A DNA stretch of 26,224 nt from a virus (lineage: Duplodnaviria; Caudoviricetes), in IMG/VR virus record IMGVR_UViG_3300032319_000730, positions 1 through 26,224 of that record; one strand, given 5' to 3'. This document shows, in pieces, positions 14,332 to 20,273 of this stretch; position 1 is the first letter of the stretch, and each line of letters begins with the position of its first letter. Both the position numbers and the translations under genes were made by a program. The notes beneath the pieces were generated by a model, which worked only from the letters and a program-made list of their open reading frames with translations, did no database searches and had not been told where the DNA came from.

Positions 14332-15064
14332 TGGTGCGACCCTCGATTTTTCCGGGGATTTTATAAGGAAGAAATGCAAAGACGCGAAGGAGCAGTGCGA
14401 ATGGTTTCGCATTGTTTCTCGGTATCCGTTGGAGCCAGGAATCCGTTTGCCTCGGACTATTCGTGCCTCGGACGAAGAGTATGACATTGAGTTTATTGAG
14501 GGTGTTTGTGGAACTCAGATTGAGTCTACAAGGTTGATTGACACATTGGTGGATCAGATACTTGTCTGGTCGCATATACCCGCTGTACGAACTTCTGACT
14601 GGAATTCGTATCTGGACCGTCTACACGTTGAGCATGTGGCGTTAACCGACAGCGACATAGTTCGACGGATTTTCGAATATATCGACGATATACCACCTCT
14701 GCCTTCCTCTCTATCGCATGGTGATCTGACTCTTGAAAACGTGATCGTGGAAAATAATGGGGGAATCGTTCTGATCGACCCAAATTTCAAGCAAAATTTG
14801 TTTCAGTCTTACGTGCTTGATCTTGGAAAGTTACTTCAGTCCGTGCACAGTGATTACCACAGGTTGTTTAACTCACATCCTGGGGGCGACCCTGCGCCTC
14901 TCTGCTCCCACCTTCGCCAAAGGCTGGGCAAACCCCTGTGGACCCAAGCCCTGGCAGCTGAGATGTCGCACGTGGTCCGCCTGCGCAAGTACCGACCCAG
15001 CGCCCAGCGCCCGGAGGTAGACCGCCTGCTGGCCCGTCTGCTGGCTGAGGCTCAGGGCGGTTAA
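14318..15064 (+). CDS. APH/choline-kinase-like phosphotransferase
   Basis: YDIEFIEG, Brenner motif HGDLTLENVI, VLIDPN, DLGKLLQS. The stop lies inside element copy 6. Confidence 0.85.
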   Translation: MKGSSGATLDFSGDFIRKKCKDAKEQCEWFRIVSRYPLEPGIRLPRTIRASDEEYDIEFIEGVCGTQIESTRLIDTLVDQILVWSHIPAVRTSDWNSYLDRLHVEHVALTDSDIVRRIFEYIDDIPPLPSSLSHGDLTLENVIVENNGGIVLIDPNFKQNLFQSYVLDLGKLLQSVHSDYHRLFNSHPGGDPAPLCSHLRQRLGKPLWTQALAAEMSHVVRLRKYRPSAQRPEVDRLLARLLAEAQGG

Positions 15065-15129
15065 CCGTACCTTTTAGGGCGGTTCGCCCCCTTTACTTTC
15101 CGGTCAAAATGAGCCATAATAAAGTCATG
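15055..15129 (+). promoter_or_regulatory. 75-bp promoter/stem-loop element, copy 6
   Basis: GGGCGGTTAACCGTACCTTTTAGGGCGGTTCGCCCCC-TTTACT-17 nt-CATAAT-AAAGTC-ATG. Confidence 0.85.
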
Positions 15130-15444
15130 AATCAAAGCTACTCCACCCTCTCCGCCACCGACCGCTGCCTGGTCGCCGTTCCTTCCCACCCCTGGACCGT
15201 GAACGTTACCCGCCACGGCGAAGACCTCGCTGTAGATAACGTCCTCGAAGCCGAAGTGACGAACTTTCACGGTGCGACCAAGATGTACGCCACCAAAGTT
15301 GGAAACGACTGCTACGATGTTGTATTTACCAAGTTTGCCCAAATTTACGGCAAACTTCGTGAAACTGCCACAGTTGAGTTCACTACCACTCGTAGCTGGA
15401 TCGATCAGTGGATCGAGATGGCTTACGCCTCCTACTGCGTTTGA
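15127..15444 (+). CDS. hypothetical protein
   Basis: Starts at the element ATG: MNQSYSTLSATDRCLVAVPSHPW... Confidence 0.72.
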   Translation: MNQSYSTLSATDRCLVAVPSHPWTVNVTRHGEDLAVDNVLEAEVTNFHGATKMYATKVGNDCYDVVFTKFAQIYGKLRETATVEFTTTRSWIDQWIEMAYASYCV

Positions 15445-15451
15445 TCACCTG

Positions 15452-15664
15452 ATGATTAAAGCCTATACCGACTACCCGTTCCCTGAGTTAGGTGATGAAG
15501 TGGGTCTCGGCCCTGTCCGTCATTGCGAAATCTTAACTTGGGATCGCGACAAATATTGCACAATTCTTGTTTTTTATGTGAATGAGGATGGCGATGTAAT
15601 GGGACACATTGCTAATATCAAACAGCACTACCTCTTCAAAACCTCGACGCCTTCAAGACCTTAA
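15452..15664 (+). CDS. conserved phage hypothetical protein (AYTDYP..ELGD...D.DKY family)
   Basis: ATG 15452: MIKAYTDYPFPELGDEVGLGPVRHCEILTWDRDKYC... Confidence 0.72.
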   Translation: MIKAYTDYPFPELGDEVGLGPVRHCEILTWDRDKYCTILVFYVNEDGDVMGHIANIKQHYLFKTSTPSRP

Positions 15665-15697
15665 CTTGTGACGAACTGAACTCTTTACCTTGTTAAA

Positions 15698-15907
15698 ATG
15701 ACACCCGAAAAACGAAATCAAGTCTCAGAGTTTCTGGCGACCCGCTGGCTGGAAAATACCAGTACACGTGCCCTAGAGCGTTTCTTCTATGAAACTCAAC
15801 TCGAATACCTTTCGAGTTACACTGACGCAGAACTCGTCTCCGAGCTGGAAGATAACACCACTGAGGAAGAGTTCGCAGCTTTGCAATTCGGATGCTCTTA
15901 CAAATGA
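15698..15907 (+). CDS. small acidic hypothetical protein
   Basis: 69-aa ORF with ATGA overlap with the next gene. Confidence 0.65.
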   Translation: MTPEKRNQVSEFLATRWLENTSTRALERFFYETQLEYLSSYTDAELVSELEDNTTEEEFAALQFGCSYK

Positions 15908-16143
15908 TCTCTCGTGAGTTATTCTCCAACGGTTTCGGAATCTCTGTAATCCGGGAAAGGCATGCAGGGGATGTACCTCTGTATGAAATCGCAGTGTTGC
16001 GTCACAAGAATGGCAAACACGCTCGTGTTTGTTACGACTCCGGAATCACGGACGACGCGATTCGTTTTTTGCCCGAAGACGTAGTATACTCGTTGAGGGA
16101 TAAGATTCGCAGTTTACCCCTTGAAACGCGCACTATACAGTAA
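15904..16143 (+). CDS. conserved phage hypothetical protein (F.NG.GISVI...LYEIAVL...YD..IT.D...L family)
   Basis: ATG 15904; recognisable small phage protein pattern. Confidence 0.72.
   Translation: MISRELFSNGFGISVIRERHAGDVPLYEIAVLRHKNGKHARVCYDSGITDDAIRFLPEDVVYSLRDKIRSLPLETRTIQ
16113..16139 (+). promoter_or_regulatory. TTAC-N15-CTATAC promoter-like motif before the topoisomerase
   Basis: TTTACC (16113-16118) ... TATACA (16134-16139), 6 nt before ATG 16146. Confidence 0.5.
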
Positions 16144-16145
16144 GC

Positions 16146-18146
16146 ATGACAGAACAACTCACCTCGACCAGCCTAACCTCCCAAATGAAGGAGGATTACA
16201 TGGCTTATTCGATGGCCGTCCTACTTGGTCGCGCCATCCCAGACATGTATGACGGTCTGAAACCCGCTCAGCGCCGAGTCCTCCAGACAATGTTTGAAGA
16301 AGGTCTGGCACCCGAGAAACGCTACGTAAAGTGCGCTCGCGTCACTGGCCTCGCGATGGGTTACTACCACCCCCACGGCGATTGCTACGGCACTCTCGTA
16401 AACATGGCAACATCTTGGAACAACAACGTTCCTTGGGTCGACGGCCATGGTAACTTCGGTAGCACCGTTGATGGCCCAGCCGCAGCACGATACACGGAGT
16501 GCAAACTTCGGCCTTCAGCTGTTGACCTGCTTCTGCAAAACAGAACAACGTGGGAAACAAAGGATAACTACGACGGATCCCGGCAAGAAGCAGTACGCTT
16601 TGATAGCGCTATTCCTTCGGTGTTGCTTAATGGCGACAGCGGAATCGCTGTGGGATTCGCTACCAAATTGGCCCCGCACAGTCTTCGCTCGATTGTGGAG
16701 GCAATGCAACTGGCTTGCAAAATAGGAGCCAAACCTGAAGAAATTGCCAAAGCACGAGAAATCCTGGTTCCCGACTTTCCGACCGGTTGCGAAATTGTCA
16801 GAGATGAACAACTTACTCTTTACACTCAAACTGGCAGCGGCAACATCCGCTGTCGTGCGCGCCATGAACTGGGTGTTCAGAAGCGAGACGGTAGGGCCAA
16901 AGATCGCCCGACAGTATCGTTCACTCATTTACCGCCTGGGGTCAACCCTGAAAAACTCGGTGAGCAAGTCCGTGACGGTCTCGAGAAAGGAAAACTTGAT
17001 GGAATTGCCGAAGTCGTCGATGAGTCTGATCTCACCGGAGATCGTTTCACAGTTGTGGCAAAGCCCGGTGTCGGAATGGAATCGCTTGTTAAGCAACTCT
17101 ACACTTACACCGACCTTGAAGTTAAGTATTCAGCGAAAACGCTGGTTATTGACGGTACAAGACCCATCGAGCTCAGCCCAGTTGAAATTTGTCAGAAATG
17201 GTTCAACTGGAGGATGGATCGCATGGCGGTCCAATACGAACACGAACTGAAAGTTACTGAAGCTCGTTTCCATATCGTCGAAGGCCTGATTAAAGCCATC
17301 GATAAATTAGATGCGATTATCAAGAAGATTCGTGCGGCGGCAAATAAAACAGAGGCGTTGACGGCACTCATGGGTGCCCCCTTTAAGTTCAGTCGCGCCC
17401 AAGCAGAAGCAATTCTAGAGATGCGACTGCGACAGCTGACAAACCTGGACCAGTCTGAGTTGGAGGATGAAGCAGCTGGTCTGGAAGAAAGTATCGAGAA
17501 TTTGTTTGAACTAGCGAATAACTCCTTGACCCGGCAAGTTCGGCTGTACAAGCAAACTACAGAGCTGGCCAAACGCCACGGAGAGGCTCGCAGGAGCCCT
17601 CTGGTGGAGCCTCCGGTGGGCTACTCGGCCCCTGGCCCACGCACTGGGCAGAAGCGCCCTCCAGCGCCTGCCAAACCACGGTTTATGAAGGTGGACCTGA
17701 AGAAGGGCACAGTGGAACAATCCAAGGGTCCAAGAGGGGCCATGGTTGTTGATCCCAAGGAGAAAGTTATTCTGATGTCGGAAGACGGAATCCTGAAGAA
17801 AGTCCCCGCCAATTTCAAAGGACCTGTGTCCACCGGATACAGTCCGGTTACGCTGGCAAAGCGTGAAGCGGAAGTCACTCTGCGAAAGTACCTCGCCGTG
17901 TTTAAGCTCGACGGGCAACTCAAAGCGGTTTCGCTGAGCGGAGAAGACCTTTGCAAAACTACGAGCAAAGGAAAACCTTGGCTGCCCAAATTGGCCGAGT
18001 TGGTTTTCTTCGGTGAGGGGAACTACACTGTCCCTTGGGCTTCTTCGCGGAAAAAGCAGGTTGTGTTGAGCTTGTCCTCGGTGAAAACTGGGCGTCCTGG
18101 CTCAAAAGGGGTGAAAGTAGCTAATCTAGACGAAGTGAAATTGTGA
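16146..18146 (+). CDS. gyrA: type IIA topoisomerase subunit A (GyrA/ParC family) with short C-terminal domain
   Basis: RAIPD..DGLKPAQRR, VKCARVTG, YHPHGD, DGHGNFGS, AAARYTE (catalytic Tyr), GIAVGFAT, PDFPTG, QAEAILEMRLRQLT. GyrA versus ParC cannot be resolved from motifs. Confidence 0.92.
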   Translation: MTEQLTSTSLTSQMKEDYMAYSMAVLLGRAIPDMYDGLKPAQRRVLQTMFEEGLAPEKRYVKCARVTGLAMGYYHPHGDCYGTLVNMATSWNNNVPWVDGHGNFGSTVDGPAAARYTECKLRPSAVDLLLQNRTTWETKDNYDGSRQEAVRFDSAIPSVLLNGDSGIAVGFATKLAPHSLRSIVEAMQLACKIGAKPEEIAKAREILVPDFPTGCEIVRDEQLTLYTQTGSGNIRCRARHELGVQKRDGRAKDRPTVSFTHLPPGVNPEKLGEQVRDGLEKGKLDGIAEVVDESDLTGDRFTVVAKPGVGMESLVKQLYTYTDLEVKYSAKTLVIDGTRPIELSPVEICQKWFNWRMDRMAVQYEHELKVTEARFHIVEGLIKAIDKLDAIIKKIRAAANKTEALTALMGAPFKFSRAQAEAILEMRLRQLTNLDQSELEDEAAGLEESIENLFELANNSLTRQVRLYKQTTELAKRHGEARRSPLVEPPVGYSAPGPRTGQKRPPAPAKPRFMKVDLKKGTVEQSKGPRGAMVVDPKEKVILMSEDGILKKVPANFKGPVSTGYSPVTLAKREAEVTLRKYLAVFKLDGQLKAVSLSGEDLCKTTSKGKPWLPKLAELVFFGEGNYTVPWASSRKKQVVLSLSSVKTGRPGSKGVKVANLDEVKL

Positions 18147-18152
18147 GGTGCC

Positions 18153-18199
18153 GGGTAAAATCACTTCAAACGATTACCAAACAACCCAGCCCCTATACT
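18153..18199 (+). promoter_or_regulatory. tandem GGGTAAAA (18153-18160) and TTAC-N15-CTATAC (18174-18198) motifs
   Basis: Both recurrent motif classes sit in the intergenic region before 18219. Confidence 0.55.
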
Positions 18200-18218
18200 A
18201 GACCGGTAGAGGTCCGCC

Positions 18219-18773
18219 ATGGATGAACAAAAGCTGATTTACCCCGTTGCTCGCTTGCTTGCCAATCCTAGACTCTTTCATGCGATCTCAGAGTATTTGG
18301 GTGGACCTGACTCGGATACCGTGCGGGAAGCATTCTACGATCTCCTAGAGTACAGTATCACGAACGCAGATTCCCCTGAAGAATGTATCTTTGAAGCCGA
18401 GGAAGTTTGCTTCCAGGCAAGCAATGACGGGATTAACTTCGATATTATTTTTGATACGGGGTACGCTTCAAACCTCTGCGCAGTTGAAGGCGAACTTCAC
18501 GCGAGTATAACCAACGATAGCGATATGGCTGCGTCTTTCGCGATCTATCAACGTTTGGTTCGATCAATTGAAGAGTCGCATCCTGAACTTGAGGGGAACA
18601 TTGTTCTTTGCTCACCACCCACTCCCGGCAATTCCTACCTTCGCTCAAATGACGGTAACCGGTTCGAGGGTAGCTTCCATTTACTTAGCGACCCTGAGAA
18701 GCTGTACTCATTCAACGTGGAGGTTATCGACGTCGCAACCGACCAGCTGAAAGCCACTATTTGCCCTGAATAA
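18219..18773 (+). CDS. acidic hypothetical protein
   Basis: 184-aa ORF with GAGG SD. Confidence 0.78.
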   Translation: MDEQKLIYPVARLLANPRLFHAISEYLGGPDSDTVREAFYDLLEYSITNADSPEECIFEAEEVCFQASNDGINFDIIFDTGYASNLCAVEGELHASITNDSDMAASFAIYQRLVRSIEESHPELEGNIVLCSPPTPGNSYLRSNDGNRFEGSFHLLSDPEKLYSFNVEVIDVATDQLKATICPE

Positions 18774-19579
18774 TGACCGCTGACAACATTGTATTTGCAA
18801 CCAACTCAATACGCTCCTCTGTAACTTCGCTGAAGAAAAAACTATCAAACGTCAAGATCGCGATCGAACAACTTGACGCCGAGATGGAAAAGTTCGAACC
18901 GAAGTTCGACAATTTGCTAACACAGACAGAAATCTACAAGTCCAAACTTGAACGCGAGACAGGTCGTGAAGTGCGTCGACTCGAACGAGAGTTGGCGCTT
19001 TTGCGTAAGGGGATGGTGAACGAGGAACCGAAGTTTGTGGTATCCACCGAAGAGACTCGTATCGCTACAACCATGGCGATCCTTAATGTTATCCTGCGAT
19101 TTGCTAGCGACGGGGCGGAAGATTTTCGACTCATGTCTGAAGCATTCTTGTTTCCCGCCGTTTTTGAGCGTGTAGTTCGGGGTTCAGACGAGGCTTATTT
19201 CCTTGACGAGATTCCCACATGTGCCACGTTGGTTATCGAGCGCGGAAAGAGTTATGTGAAGTGGGTGCGGGAGAATTGCGAAACGCATCTCACAGACCCT
19301 CTCGCTTGGGAAGAATACGTTGAGCCGGTAACTAACTGGTGGCGCAATGACGCTCTTCCCTTGATTTACTCTTCGCGAGATGAACAGTGGGATATCGACG
19401 TTCCCTTGTCAATGCAGGAGATGTTGATCTGGCGAGACAATCCGGGCGAACGCCCTCTTCATTTCCCGGCGGTGTTTGACGCTTACGAGATCTTTAAGAA
19501 GAACAAAGACGCTGTTTACGAAAGTTCCGGTGTTCGCAACTTCGAAGTTAAAATGTTTTCTTTCCCCAAATCCGACTGA
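18773..19579 (+). CDS. hypothetical protein with N-terminal coiled coil
   Basis: 268 aa; heptad-rich in roughly residues 12-80; TAATG overlap. Confidence 0.78.
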   Translation: MTADNIVFATNSIRSSVTSLKKKLSNVKIAIEQLDAEMEKFEPKFDNLLTQTEIYKSKLERETGREVRRLERELALLRKGMVNEEPKFVVSTEETRIATTMAILNVILRFASDGAEDFRLMSEAFLFPAVFERVVRGSDEAYFLDEIPTCATLVIERGKSYVKWVRENCETHLTDPLAWEEYVEPVTNWWRNDALPLIYSSRDEQWDIDVPLSMQEMLIWRDNPGERPLHFPAVFDAYEIFKKNKDAVYESSGVRNFEVKMFSFPKSD

Positions 19580-19836
19580 TGACAAAAGCACTCCGAAAAG
19601 TTGACCACCTAATTGGCAAAGTTGGAATCGGCATTGTCCAAACTGTCGAGACGAAATACCAGAAGTACCTCGAAGATCCCTCCGAACGTAATGCGAGAGA
19701 GTACGTCCTCTGGCGTTTGCGGTTGCATCGCCGTCTCAAGAATGATCGAGAAACTCTTGATTCAATCAACGAAGCAAGAAACCTTGGGCTCTACAATGAG
19801 GAACCGGGTAAGCTCTGCTGGGACTGTACTTTTTGA
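19579..19836 (+). CDS. hypothetical protein
   Basis: 85-aa ORF; TGATG overlap. Confidence 0.65.
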   Translation: MTKALRKVDHLIGKVGIGIVQTVETKYQKYLEDPSERNAREYVLWRLRLHRRLKNDRETLDSINEARNLGLYNEEPGKLCWDCTF

Positions 19837-19844
19837 GGGTAAAA
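19837..19844 (+). promoter_or_regulatory. GGGTAAAA putative late promoter
   Basis: Intergenic, 25 nt before ATG 19870. Confidence 0.55.
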
Positions 19845-19869
19845 TTGACCCATCAGCGATTCAATTAGT

Positions 19870-20241
19870 ATGAACCCTCGTGCCGTTCAAATGGCGAAAG
19901 CCGTTGCCGAATTTGATTCCGGGTCTATTGATACCGAACTCTTGGGTAACATCCTGGCCCCCCAATACAGAGGTTGGACAAACAACAGTGCAAATTACTA
20001 CACACGTTCTGACGGAATCCCTTTTATAGAAGTTTGGGTGCACGGTTTACCTTTTATGGGGCAACCTTGCGTATATGGTTATCTAGATGATGGTACACCC
20101 TTATACAGGTGGTTCCCTGTGAGACCCTCAAACTATTGGTTTAACTCCTCGTACCCTGTGCGCGGTATTGTCCCCGGTTATGTATCTGGCACACCTCTTC
20201 CGCCTCCGATCGATAATTTGGACCCATACTTCACCCCCTGA
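19870..20241 (+). CDS. hypothetical protein (Pro/Tyr/Trp-rich, possibly virion-associated)
   Basis: 123-aa ORF behind a GGGTAAAA motif. Confidence 0.7.
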   Translation: MNPRAVQMAKAVAEFDSGSIDTELLGNILAPQYRGWTNNSANYYTRSDGIPFIEVWVHGLPFMGQPCVYGYLDDGTPLYRWFPVRPSNYWFNSSYPVRGIVPGYVSGTPLPPPIDNLDPYFTP

Positions 20242-20268
20242 TTTACAGCGGTTGCACCCCGCTATACT
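20242..20268 (+). promoter_or_regulatory. TTAC-N15-CTATAC promoter-like motif before the DNA polymerase
   Basis: TTTACA (20242-20247) ... TATACT (20263-20268), 5 nt before ATG 20274. Confidence 0.55.
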
Positions 20269-20273
20269 AAACC

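Noticed and set aside
13265-15064. Bacterial capsule/LPS locus, or an antibiotic-resistance APH gene
   Set aside because: The context is entirely phage, with no export, polymerase or flippase genes. The kinase has only the generic APH-like fold motif and is translationally coupled to sugar-nucleotide genes.
158-15129. 75-bp repeats as a CRISPR array or integron attC sites
   Set aside because: Spacing is irregular (about 0.3-4.8 kb) with whole genes between copies, there is no cas or integrase gene in the window, and the repeats contain clear -35/-10/ATG promoter architecture.
16744-17250. Alternative-frame and antisense ORFs within the topoisomerase and polymerase genes
   Set aside because: No recognisable motifs or initiation signals; expected shadows of long genes at this GC content.
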